A stretch of DNA of 64,000 nucleotides. Origin: Candidatus Dormiibacterota bacterium. Lineage in GTDB: Bacteria; Chloroflexota; Dormibacteria; Aeolococcales; Aeolococcaceae. Location: the NCBI GenBank assembly GCA_963756075.1, contig CAVWMH010000003.1, positions 21,306 to 85,305 on the forward strand. Direction: 5' to 3'. Of the stretch, positions 34,087 to 42,764 are shown in pieces. Position 1 is the stretch's first letter; every line of letters begins with the position of its first letter. The notes under the pieces were generated by a model. That model had not been told where the DNA came from, did no database searches, and was given only the letters and a program-made list of their open reading frames with translations. A program made the translations under genes and the position numbers.

Positions 34087-34436
34087 CAGTACGGGAGGCG
34101 GTGCCTTTCGGTGGCCCTCAGGCTCGACCCTCGTCCGGGCTGATGGGCCACCATCATCCCGGGCCGTCCACTCGCCATCGCTGACGGGTGGGCCCGCAAC
34201 TGGTGACTCTACTCACCCGCTCGACCCTTTGCAACGTCGTCGTCCCCACCCTGCCGTGAGGGCGCCGGGCAGGCTCAGTGTCGAATAGCATGGGGGTGCG
34301 GTGAGGCCGCCCGGACGGCGTCGGGCCGCCGCAGAACGAGGAGTCGGAGCTGTCCTTTCCCGCCGACGGAGTCGAGCTGACCCATCTCCTGGTCGTCCGC
34401 GACATCGACGCGTCCCGGGACTTCTATCGCGATGTT

Positions 34437-34754
34437 GTGGGAGCGACAGTCTTCCGAGAGTACGGCGGCACCTCGTGTGTGCTCCAACTGCTGGGCACGT
34501 GGCTTCTCCTCGCCACCGGCGGTCCTCCCACTGCTGACAAACCCGACGTCACGTTCGAGCCGCCTGGCGACACCACGCGCGTGAGCCACGAGATGACCTT
34601 CCGGGTGCCGGACTGTCGCGCGGCATACGAGATCCTCCGGAGTCGAGGCGCCGCCTTCCTGACACCACCGGTCGAATCGCCGTGGGAGGTGCGCGCGTTC
34701 TTCCGCGACCCCGACGGTCATCTGCTGGAGATCAGCGAGGCGCGGGGTGCGTGA
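34437..34754 (+). CDS. VOC family protein (N-terminus compromised)
   Basis: VSHEMTFRVPDCRAAYEILRSRGAAF...EVRAFFRDPDGHLLEISE. Homology clearly extends upstream in frame (ELTHLLVVRDIDASRDFYRDV, from about 34374), but no ATG/GTG/TTG lies between TGA 34302-34304 and 34437. An in-frame ATG at 34290 is followed four codons later by that TGA. Confidence 0.65.
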   Translation: MGATVFREYGGTSCVLQLLGTWLLLATGGPPTADKPDVTFEPPGDTTRVSHEMTFRVPDCRAAYEILRSRGAAFLTPPVESPWEVRAFFRDPDGHLLEISEARGA

Positions 34755-34783
34755 CCGGTGGGCAAGGCCCCTGGATCCCGTCC

Positions 34784-35254
34784 TCAGTCGTCGCCTGGAT
34801 CCGGCGGGTTCACAAGTCCATCCCACGACCACCGTGGGATCTGCAGACCGTCCGGCACGTCATCGGCGGACCGATGGTAGCGGGACATCGTCGTCGTGGT
34901 AGCCCACGCGAAGTAGTCATGCAGCACGCGTCCGAGCCGATCGTCGCCGGCTAGTTGGCTGTCGACCAGCGCCAGATCGAAGCACGCGATCGCCCGGGCG
35001 TCCATATCGTCGTGGAGGCCCTTGCCGCTGTGCATTCGCACCACCGAGGTTTCGTCGCCGTAAGTGGCCGAATACATCGGCGGGCCCCCGAGCGCCTCGG
35101 CCCAGTACGCCGCGAGGCGCTCGCTGTGCGCAGGGTGGAAGCCGTGGCTGAACGCATGGCTGACCACTTCGTCGGCCATCACGCGGGCATGCCACGCGCG
35201 CGCCAGACGAAGCAACCCGACGTCACCTCCGGCCGCGTCGTACACCGTCTCCAT
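34784..35254 (-). CDS. globin-fold protein (group II truncated-haemoglobin-like)
   Basis: METVYDAAGGDVGLLRLARAWHARVMADEVVSHAFSHGFHPAHSERLAAYWAEALGGPPMYS...VRMHSG. The start is taken at the internal ATG 35254. Confidence 0.65.
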   Translation of the reverse strand: METVYDAAGGDVGLLRLARAWHARVMADEVVSHAFSHGFHPAHSERLAAYWAEALGGPPMYSATYGDETSVVRMHSGKGLHDDMDARAIACFDLALVDSQLAGDDRLGRVLHDYFAWATTTTMSRYHRSADDVPDGLQIPRWSWDGLVNPPDPGDD

Positions 35255-35361
35255 GTTGGATGGATGGTAGGTCGAGCGGTGCTTTCCGCGTCCCCAAGCG
35301 GCAACATTACTCAGGAGCCCTTCGAGCGACACTTCGAGCGACACATGGAGGACGGCACGAC

Positions 35362-35808
35362 ATGGCTGATTCGTTTGTTGCCGAAAAGCGCATCACCATC
35401 GATGCGTCGGTTGACGCGGTGTGGCGGGCGTTGACCGACCCGGCGTTGGTCAAGCAATACATGCACGGGACCAATATGGAGACCACCTGGGAGGTTGGCA
35501 GTGCCATCACCTGGAAGGGCGAATGGCAGGGCAAGGCATACGAGGACAAAGGAACCGTGCTCCGAGTCGAGCCGAAGACGTTGCTCAGTACCACGCACTG
35601 GAGCCCGATGGGTGGCAGTGAAGACAAGCCCGAGAACTACCACACGGTCACATACGAGCTGGCCGCACGCGGGCGGGAAACGATCCTCACGCTCAGGCAG
35701 GACAACAATGCCAGCCAGGAAGATGCAGACGCGATGGCCGAGAAGAGCTGGGGCCCCGTTCTCGAAGGCCTCAAGGCCCTGGTCGAGAAGGAAGCCGCAG
35801 GGTCATAG
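35362..35808 (+). CDS. SRPBCC/AHSA1-family protein
   Basis: RITIDASVDAVWRALTDPALVKQYMHG...WKGEWQGKAYEDKGTVLRVEP...LTLRQDN. GGAGGA lies upstream of ATG 35362. Confidence 0.8.
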   Translation: MADSFVAEKRITIDASVDAVWRALTDPALVKQYMHGTNMETTWEVGSAITWKGEWQGKAYEDKGTVLRVEPKTLLSTTHWSPMGGSEDKPENYHTVTYELAARGRETILTLRQDNNASQEDADAMAEKSWGPVLEGLKALVEKEAAGS

Positions 35809-36618
35809 TCCCGCGTCGGTCCTCTCGGCGAAGAATGACAGGAGGACCGGTGCGAGCACGTTGGCGTCGACCTCATGATGCTGGCCCTCGAGAGTCAGCC
35901 GCCGGGCGCGGGGGATGGCCGCGGCCAGGGCGTCGGCGCTGGCACGCATAAAGGGCATGGACTCGAGGCTTAGTGCCCCGTCCATGATCAATGTGTCGGC
36001 GGTGACCCGCTTCGCGTTCTCGGTCGGCACCGAGCGGTCATCGCCGAGTGCGGCAGCGTCGTAGGCGAGCGTCGGTGCCACCGCCTCGAAGGTCGGCCAC
36101 ACAGGGGCCGCCCGCATGCGTTCGACACCGTCGGTCCCGGCGCCGACGAGCTTCATGAACGCCACCACCGCATCGCCGCGGCGTCCGTCCACCAGGCACT
36201 CGGCGAGAGCGGAGCGGTACACGCGCCACGCCGCCATACCCTGCTCGGTCAAGTCGTACGGGATCTCGTACACCGCCAGTCGGTCAACTCTGCGGCCGAG
36301 ACTTGCGGCGGCCTCGAGGGCCAGCGCCCCGCCGGACGAGATGCCATACAGTGCTGCCGTGCCGCCGGCAGCATCGATCAGCGAATCGATGTCCTCGATC
36401 TCGCGTTGCAGGTGGTACGGCTGCGTGTCACCGCTGTCCCCCCGGCCGCGGCGGTCGTAGCAGTACACCTTGCACCGAGGAGCGAGGAGGGATGCGAGCT
36501 GAGGCGACCCTCCGAATGCGCGAAACCCGAGCGCCCCGTCGATGAGGATCACGGCGGGACCGTCGCCCACCACGTCGTAGGCGATCGTGGTGCCGTCGCT
36601 GCTCGTCGCTACCGGCAT
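35803..36618 (-). CDS. alpha/beta-hydrolase fold protein
   Basis: SSDGTTIAYDVVGDGPAVILIDGALGFR...YCYDRRGRGDSGD...LYGISSGGALALEAA contains a GxSxG nucleophile elbow. The start is at ATG 36618. Confidence 0.8.
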   Translation of the reverse strand: MPVATSSDGTTIAYDVVGDGPAVILIDGALGFRAFGGSPQLASLLAPRCKVYCYDRRGRGDSGDTQPYHLQREIEDIDSLIDAAGGTAALYGISSGGALALEAAASLGRRVDRLAVYEIPYDLTEQGMAAWRVYRSALAECLVDGRRGDAVVAFMKLVGAGTDGVERMRAAPVWPTFEAVAPTLAYDAAALGDDRSVPTENAKRVTADTLIMDGALSLESMPFMRASADALAAAIPRARRLTLEGQHHEVDANVLAPVLLSFFAERTDAGL

Positions 36619-36640
36619 GTCTGCTTCGAGCCGTGCTCGA

Positions 36641-37024
36641 TCAACGGCTGCGGGACGCTTTGGCGCTACCCTGCGCCGGGATCTTCCGCACACGCTGCTC
36701 GATGAGTTGTTTGATCGCCGACGTGGGCAGCGGCTGACCCAATGGGAAGTGGAGTGTTGATTTCGCTCCCATGTGCCGCTCGAGGCCCACGGCGCGCGCG
36801 TCCTCGATGTTGAAGGCATACAGACCGATGTGACGGGCGTGAGCCTGGAAGTACGTCAGGCGTACCCCGTGGAGGTGGTAGGACGGCATGCCGTAGCTGA
36901 TCCCTTCCTCCGCCTCCGGCGCCGCCGTACGAATGGTCTCCCGAAGCTCTTTCAGCAGCGGCCGCGCCGCTTCCGGAGCGGCGGCGATGTAGCCCTCGAC
37001 GTCGCTGGTGGACTGTGCAGGCAT
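36641..37024 (-). CDS. DUF1801 (YdhG-like) domain protein
   Basis: VEGYIAAAPEAARPLLKELRETIRTAAPEAEEGISYGMPSYHLHG..LTYFQAHARHIGLY. Confidence 0.75.
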   Translation of the reverse strand: MPAQSTSDVEGYIAAAPEAARPLLKELRETIRTAAPEAEEGISYGMPSYHLHGVRLTYFQAHARHIGLYAFNIEDARAVGLERHMGAKSTLHFPLGQPLPTSAIKQLIEQRVRKIPAQGSAKASRSR

Positions 37025-37027
37025 CGG

Positions 37028-37414
37028 TTACCCCTCCTCGACGACGTAGAGCGAGTTGCCGTCGGCATCGCGCAGCGAGAACATGAGGGGGACACCCGGC
37101 ATGCGCAGGACGTCGTCGACATCGACACCCTGCGAACTGAGGTATGCGTGCGTCGCCTCGGCGTCAGCGGTCGCAAGCCGGATGCCGGTGTCAACGCCGC
37201 CGGAGTGGCCGTCGTTGCGCGGCGCCAGCGCGACCGTGGTCGCCGCACCTGGAGGCGCCACCTCGACCCAACGCAGGCCGGGTCCGAAGGTGGCGTCACG
37301 CCGGGTCTCGAACCCCAGGGTGCCGCAGTAGAACTGCAGGGCGCGGTCGTGGTCGCTCACGGGGACCGCCACGTTGAGAATGGCTGTGATCCTGGTCGTG
37401 GTCTGCTCGCTCAT
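37028..37414 (-). CDS. VOC family protein
   Basis: A GAGGAG RBS precedes MSEQTTTRITAILNVAVPVSDHDRALQFYCGTLGFE...LRWVEVAPPG...MFSLRDADGNSLYVVE. Confidence 0.8.
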   Translation of the reverse strand: MSEQTTTRITAILNVAVPVSDHDRALQFYCGTLGFETRRDATFGPGLRWVEVAPPGAATTVALAPRNDGHSGGVDTGIRLATADAEATHAYLSSQGVDVDDVLRMPGVPLMFSLRDADGNSLYVVEEG

Positions 37415-37648
37415 CGTCGGCTCCTCACTGGAGGGTGGTTTCAACATCATGTTCGACGATTCGGCCACCGAAATCTCATCGGTCTTCCCGCTCGTCGTCG
37501 GCCATGCTTGTGGAACAGACATGGGTCGCTTCGCCCCCGGCGAGACACCGCCAACGGGGCTAACCGCGCCGGCAGACCGCTCTAGGGTTAGCAACCGCCA
37601 GCGACGTCTGCTACGCCAAGCGGCTCGTGAGGTTCGCCTCTGGAAAGG

Positions 37649-37849
37649 TCAGGAGTAGCGCCGGAGCGGCCGTAGACCGTGGCCGGACAGCTCGGTGGCC
37701 GGCTGCCATTGGAGACCACACTCGAGGCACTCGTAGCTGGCGACAGTGGGTCGGGCCGTGTCGCCGGAGGCCGAGACATCGTGCTCGTGCACGACCACTT
37801 CGGTTGACTCGCACTCTATGCACTCAGGGATCTTGCCATCGACCATCAT
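37649..37849 (-). CDS. small zinc-ribbon protein (66 aa)
   Basis: Two CxxC pairs (CIEC...CLEC). There is no other support. Confidence 0.35.
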   Translation of the reverse strand: MMVDGKIPECIECESTEVVVHEHDVSASGDTARPTVASYECLECGLQWQPATELSGHGLRPLRRYS

Positions 37850-38014
37850 CGACCACCTTGTACTGACGTGCTGTGAAGTGTCCGGAACCTACACCTTGAC
37901 CGCCATTCCGATGTTGCATATGTGTCACGAGCGCTCCAGGCGATCCGGTCGACATGGCGCCCGCTTGCATCACATCTGTGTAATGTGCCGGTGCCGAGGA
38001 ACCGGCTATGGGTG

Positions 38015-38758
38015 CTAGGCCTCTGGTGGTGTTCTGGGCACGACCAGGTCGAGCTCGGCTTTGATCACCGCGTAGCACTCGCAGGACACGGCCATGAGGC
38101 CATCGCGGTCGACAATCGTCACGTGGCCGCGCGTGTACCGGATGAGCCCGGCGCGCTGCAGGATGCCGGCGGACACAGAAATGGTCGAGCGTCGAGCCCC
38201 CAGCATCTGCCCAAGCAATTCCTGGGTGATCATGAATTGGTCGGACCCGACGCGATCCTGGCTCATCAACAGCCAGCGGCTGAGGCGCTCCTCGCTCGAG
38301 TGGAGCCGATTACACGCAGCCGATTGCGCGATCTGGCCAAACAGTGCCTGCGTGTACCGATCGACCAGCATCCGAAAGGCGCGGCTGCGCTCGAACCATT
38401 CCACGAAGACGGCCGAATCCAGACGAAACGCGTGGCCCGCAACCTGCGTGATGGCACGCACCCCGCGGTCGCTGAACGGCACGAGTGGAACCCCGACGAT
38501 CCCCTCATTGCCGATGGTGGCCACCTCGACGATGCCGCCATCCTGCAGGGGGGTGACAAGCGAGATCACGCCGTCAGTCGGGAAGTAGACGGCGTCGATG
38601 GGTTTCCCGGCTTCAAACAGGACCATTCGGGCGTCGAGGGTGACATTGGTTGCCGCCTCGAGAAGTTGCAGCCATTCAGCCGGCGGGAGAGCGCTGAGAA
38701 TCCGGTTCTCACGCTTGCTTCCGCCGTCACTCCCTTCTGGCTGGTTGATCCGATCCAT
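38015..38758 (-). CDS. Crp/Fnr-family transcriptional regulator
   Basis: The cNMP-binding-like barrel reads LFEAGKPIDAVYFPTDGVISLV...VATIGNEGIVG. The C-terminal HTH reads ITQELLGQMLGARRSTISVSAGILQRAGLIRYTRGHVTI. Confidence 0.8.
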   Translation of the reverse strand: MDRINQPEGSDGGSKRENRILSALPPAEWLQLLEAATNVTLDARMVLFEAGKPIDAVYFPTDGVISLVTPLQDGGIVEVATIGNEGIVGVPLVPFSDRGVRAITQVAGHAFRLDSAVFVEWFERSRAFRMLVDRYTQALFGQIAQSAACNRLHSSEERLSRWLLMSQDRVGSDQFMITQELLGQMLGARRSTISVSAGILQRAGLIRYTRGHVTIVDRDGLMAVSCECYAVIKAELDLVVPRTPPEA

Positions 38759-38880
38759 CGCTCCTGTCGCACAGCTCGTCATCTCGGGTCGCATCGCACG
38801 CGTCAAATGACAGCGTCGTATGACATGATAACAAAACGGGTGCGGATCAGCCGCCCCCGCCTTGAGCGGAGAATGGAGAC

Positions 38881-39630
38881 ATGGCCTCATCTCGGGTCGG
38901 CGGGTCTCTCAAGTCAGCGAGAGAGCGTTTGGGCTGGAGCCGGGAGGCCCTCGCCTATCGCTCGGGTCTCAGCTGGGCGGCGATCACACAAATTGAAACC
39001 GGCCGGCGCAAAGAGGTGCGCGTCAGCAGCCTGGTGGCTCTCGCGCGGGCGCTCGGGGTGAGCGTCGACTATCTGGTCGGCGGTGCGGCGACCGTTTCCC
39101 CGCAACTCCTCAGGCACCCGGCCCTCATCTACGGCTCCGATGATGAATACTTGGCGTCCTCGATCCCGTTTCTCGTTGAGGGCATCACGCGCTCTGACTG
39201 TGTTTTGGCAGTCACGGGAAGTCGGTACACGGGCTTGCTTCGTGACGCGCTCGGAGACAATGCGCGGCACGTCGAGTTCTTCGACGCGTCGGAGTGGTAC
39301 CGCTCCCTCCGTGGCGCCGCGAGCGGATACCGCAGCTTCGTGAGGGAGCGATTCGAGGGCGGCGCCCCTTGGATCCGGATAATCGGGGAGCCGGTATGGC
39401 GCGGACAGTCGGAGGCCGAGTTCGCCGCGTGGTTCCGGTATGAATCCATGATCAATCTGTCGTTTGCGTCATCCCCGGCAACAATTGTTTGCACATACGA
39501 CTCCCGATCCGTGCCCGACAGCGTTCTTGCGAGTGCACGGAGCGCACACCCGCAACTTGCCAGAGTCGGCGATGTGACCGCGAACCCCGACTTCCGAGAC
39601 CCAGAGGAGTTCCTGCTGAGCCTGGACTGA
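38881..39630 (+). CDS. XRE-family HTH regulator fused to a MEDS sensory domain
   Basis: The HTH reads LKSARERLGWSREALAYRSGLSWAAITQIETGRR. The MEDS-like part reads HPALIYGSDDEYLASSIPFLVEGI...WIRIIGEPVW...NLSFASSPATIVCTYD. Confidence 0.7.
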   Translation: MASSRVGGSLKSARERLGWSREALAYRSGLSWAAITQIETGRRKEVRVSSLVALARALGVSVDYLVGGAATVSPQLLRHPALIYGSDDEYLASSIPFLVEGITRSDCVLAVTGSRYTGLLRDALGDNARHVEFFDASEWYRSLRGAASGYRSFVRERFEGGAPWIRIIGEPVWRGQSEAEFAAWFRYESMINLSFASSPATIVCTYDSRSVPDSVLASARSAHPQLARVGDVTANPDFRDPEEFLLSLD

Positions 39631-39840
39631 TCTCCAGTTCTGAAGCGAAGTTCCACACGGGCGAGCCCTCACTCAGCGGCAAGTATTTTCACCGGGACGC
39701 CGACGATACGGCTTGGACAACTCGAAGACGGACGGGATCGCCGATCGGCCACGCAGAGCCGCGTCGGGATCGCACCCGCTGCGACGTACCCGCTGCGGTA
39801 GGCTGTTTCGGGCACCCGATTCAGACGGATCCTGTAGTCA

Positions 39841-42720
39841 CTGAGGAGAATCATCATCACGCGAGTCGGCCAGAACGCAACGAGTTCGCGAGCAGCGCTC
39901 GATCGCCGTTTCGAAAGCTGCGTTGCCGATTGGGATGGGACGCTGGTCCCTGACCGGAGCGCCGCCGCTGGGCGTGTTCGTCGGCTGATCGAGGCACTGT
40001 GTGCCGATGGATTCGACGTTGTCGTCATCACAGGCACGCATGTGGAGAATGTCGATGGCCAGCTGAAGGCCCGCCCATCGGGCCCAGGACGACTACTCTT
40101 CTGTGTGAATCGCGGGTCCGAGGTGTTCGAGTGCGGCCGCGACGGCCCGCAACTACTGGCGCGACGCACGGCGACGAGTGAAGAGAACGCCCAACTCGAC
40201 CGCGCCGCCGCGCTCACCGTCGATCGGCTGAAAGCGCGCGGCGTGGAAACAACAATCGTCGCGCAACGTCTCAATCGCAGGAAGGTTGACATCATCCCGC
40301 TCGCAGAATGGGTTGATCCACCCAAAGCGCGAATCGTGGATCTACTTCACGCAACCGAGGCGCGCTTGAACGCGGCGGGAATCGCATCGCTCGCCGACGT
40401 TGTGAGCATTGCGCAAGAAGCGTCAATGGAAGTCGGCCTTACCCACGCACGGATCAGCAGCGATGCCAAGTACGTGGAGATCGGCCTGACTGACAAAGCT
40501 GACGCCGCTCGCTGGGCGTTCGCTGACATGTGGGCTCACGGCATCGCACCGAGCGACGTTATTGTTGCCGGCGATGAGTTCGGTTTACTCGGTGGCGTGC
40601 CGGGCAGCGACTTGCTGATGCTCGTTCCCGAGGCCGAAGGCTGTCTTGCGGTCACTGTCGGCGCCGAGCCCTTCGGACCGCCACAGGGCGTGCTCGCTCT
40701 GCCTGGCGGCCCCGACAGGATTCTTGACGTGCTGGACGATCAGTTGCGACGGCGACGCCACGGAGAGCCGCCAGTGCCGAATCCGGGCAGCTCCTGGCGG
40801 GTTGTCGTCAATGGCATCGATAAGGAACGCGAGGCCGTGCGTTCGACCGTGCTCACATTGGCGGATGGGCGGATCGGGACCACGGGCGCGCCTGTCGTGA
40901 GCGATCACGCAGCCGCTGAAACCCGGGCTGCGGGGTTCTACGAAGGTGACGGTCCTGAGGAGCACCTCGCCATCGTTCCATCATGGAACCAACTCGATGC
41001 CCGTCTCGACCGGGGTGCGCGGCTGTCGCGAATTCTCGACCTGCACACCGGCGTCTTGGTCCAGCACGTGCACCAAGCCGGATCATCGCTTTCAGTGGTG
41101 GAGTTCAGCTCGCTCGCGGAACCGGGCACCGCCGTGTTGTGGGCTGCTGGGAGCGACTTGCTCCTCGGTTCGGGCAAGAATGAGCCCACCGAAACCGAGT
41201 TGCGCACCGCAACGAGGGGTGCCGTGGCCATCCACATGAGCGACGCACGGCGCGACGGCAATCCTCCCGTCCTCGAGCGCATCGCGGTGTTTGCGCCTGA
41301 GAATATGGCCGGCGCGCGGGCTCGCGCGCAACGGTCGAGGGGCGCCGGACTCAATGCGCTCCATCGCGGTCACAGGGAAGCGTGGGCAGAGCGATGGAGT
41401 AACGCACACATTGATTTTCGCGGCGATGACGAACTGTTGCGTAATGTGCGCTACTCGTTGTTCCAGTTGATGGGCGCCGTCGGGATCGAGGGAGAAGCGG
41501 CGCTAGGTGCGCGGGGCCTGAGTGGCGATGGTTACAACGGACACGTCTTCTGGGACTCCGACGTCTTTGTCCTCCCCTTTCTTGCGGCGACATGCCCTCC
41601 CGCCGCGAGGGCAATGCTCGAATATCGAGTCCGCCGCATCGGCGCCGCCATAGAGCAGGCCCGTGAGCTCGGTCTGCAGGGGGCGAAATTCCCGTGGGAA
41701 TCGGCGAGTACGGGACACGAAATCACCCCCGCATCAGTCGTCGGACCGCGCGGCGAAATCGTGCGCGTCCGGACAGGGGAGATGGAGGATCACATCGTTG
41801 CCGATGTCGCGTGGGCCGCCTGCCGGTATGTGGACTGGACGGGAGATGACGCCTTTCGCCGTGGTCCGTTGACACGATTGCTCGTGGAAACCGCGCGGTA
41901 CTGGGCTTCCCGCGCCGAGTGCGATACCGATGGTTCGGCGCACATTCGTCACGTCATCGGACCGGACGAGTATCACGATGATGTTGATGACAACGCCTTC
42001 ACCAACATTATGGCGCGATGGAACCTACGTTCAGCGGCCGCTCGAGCGAGTGGCGATTGCGACGAGCGTGAAGTTCGGCGGTGGAGCGCTCTCGCGGAGG
42101 CGCTGGTCGATGGCCTGGATTCGCAAACCCTTATCTACGAGCAGTTCTCGGGGTTCTCAAAGCTTGCTCCCTTTCCCCTTCGCGAAACCTATGGCTCGGC
42201 ACCGTTCGCAGCCGATTCGGTCATCGGTTTCGATCGCATTCAGTCCCTGCAAGTCCTCAAGCAAGCCGATGCGCTCATGCTCCATCTTCTCGTCCCCACC
42301 GAGGTGGCGGACTACTCCCTGGGGCCCAATCTTGATCGCTACCTGCCGATAACAGCGCATGGCAGCTCGCTCTCGCCGGCCGTGCATGCTGCGCTGCTCG
42401 CCCACGTTGGTCGCTACCCGGAGGCGGTCGACCTCCTCCGCCTCGCGGCGCGCATCGATATTGACGACACCTCCGGGTCAACTGCCCACGGACTGCATGT
42501 CGCGACCATGGGAGGGGTCTGGCTGGCCACGGTCGAGGGGTTTGCCGGTGTCAGAGCCGATGGCGACGGTCTTTCCGTTCGCCCACGGCTTCCCGATGCG
42601 TGGGAGACGCTGACGGTACACCTGGTATATCGTGGAACCCGCGTACAGTTGCGAATCAAAGGCGAGGAAGTCGACGTGGAGACGGGCGGACCGCTGCGTG
42701 TGGCGGTCGTGAGGGATTGA
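39841..42720 (+). CDS. HAD-like phosphatase domain fused to a GH65 glycoside hydrolase/phosphorylase
   Basis: GH65 blocks are present: GHVFWDSDVFVLPFL, KFPWESASTGHEITP and IGPDEYHDDVDDNAFTN. The ORF track starts at GTG 40042, but HAD motif I (DWDGT, 39928-39942) lies upstream in the same frame. That frame is open from 39838 after TAG 39835-39837 and has no ATG/GTG/TTG, only CTG 39841 and ATC 39850-39858 after GAGGAG 39843-39848. The start is unresolved. Confidence 0.8.
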   Translation: MRRIIITRVGQNATSSRAALDRRFESCVADWDGTLVPDRSAAAGRVRRLIEALCADGFDVVVITGTHVENVDGQLKARPSGPGRLLFCVNRGSEVFECGRDGPQLLARRTATSEENAQLDRAAALTVDRLKARGVETTIVAQRLNRRKVDIIPLAEWVDPPKARIVDLLHATEARLNAAGIASLADVVSIAQEASMEVGLTHARISSDAKYVEIGLTDKADAARWAFADMWAHGIAPSDVIVAGDEFGLLGGVPGSDLLMLVPEAEGCLAVTVGAEPFGPPQGVLALPGGPDRILDVLDDQLRRRRHGEPPVPNPGSSWRVVVNGIDKEREAVRSTVLTLADGRIGTTGAPVVSDHAAAETRAAGFYEGDGPEEHLAIVPSWNQLDARLDRGARLSRILDLHTGVLVQHVHQAGSSLSVVEFSSLAEPGTAVLWAAGSDLLLGSGKNEPTETELRTATRGAVAIHMSDARRDGNPPVLERIAVFAPENMAGARARAQRSRGAGLNALHRGHREAWAERWSNAHIDFRGDDELLRNVRYSLFQLMGAVGIEGEAALGARGLSGDGYNGHVFWDSDVFVLPFLAATCPPAARAMLEYRVRRIGAAIEQARELGLQGAKFPWESASTGHEITPASVVGPRGEIVRVRTGEMEDHIVADVAWAACRYVDWTGDDAFRRGPLTRLLVETARYWASRAECDTDGSAHIRHVIGPDEYHDDVDDNAFTNIMARWNLRSAAARASGDCDEREVRRWSALAEALVDGLDSQTLIYEQFSGFSKLAPFPLRETYGSAPFAADSVIGFDRIQSLQVLKQADALMLHLLVPTEVADYSLGPNLDRYLPITAHGSSLSPAVHAALLAHVGRYPEAVDLLRLAARIDIDDTSGSTAHGLHVATMGGVWLATVEGFAGVRADGDGLSVRPRLPDAWETLTVHLVYRGTRVQLRIKGEEVDVETGGPLRVAVVRD

Positions 42721-42764
42721 CGGGATACGTCGATGCGTTCATGGGTCGGGAGCGGCGGCAGCCG

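Noticed and set aside
34133-34141. The motif GTCCGGGCT, which resembles part of the RNase P RNA P4/CR-I element (GAGGAAAGUCCGGGCU).
   Set aside because: The flanking GAGGAAA is absent (the context is CCCTCGTCCGGGCTGAT). None of the other conserved RNase P regions are visible and the non-coding stretch is too short. It also does not match SRP RNA or tmRNA signatures.
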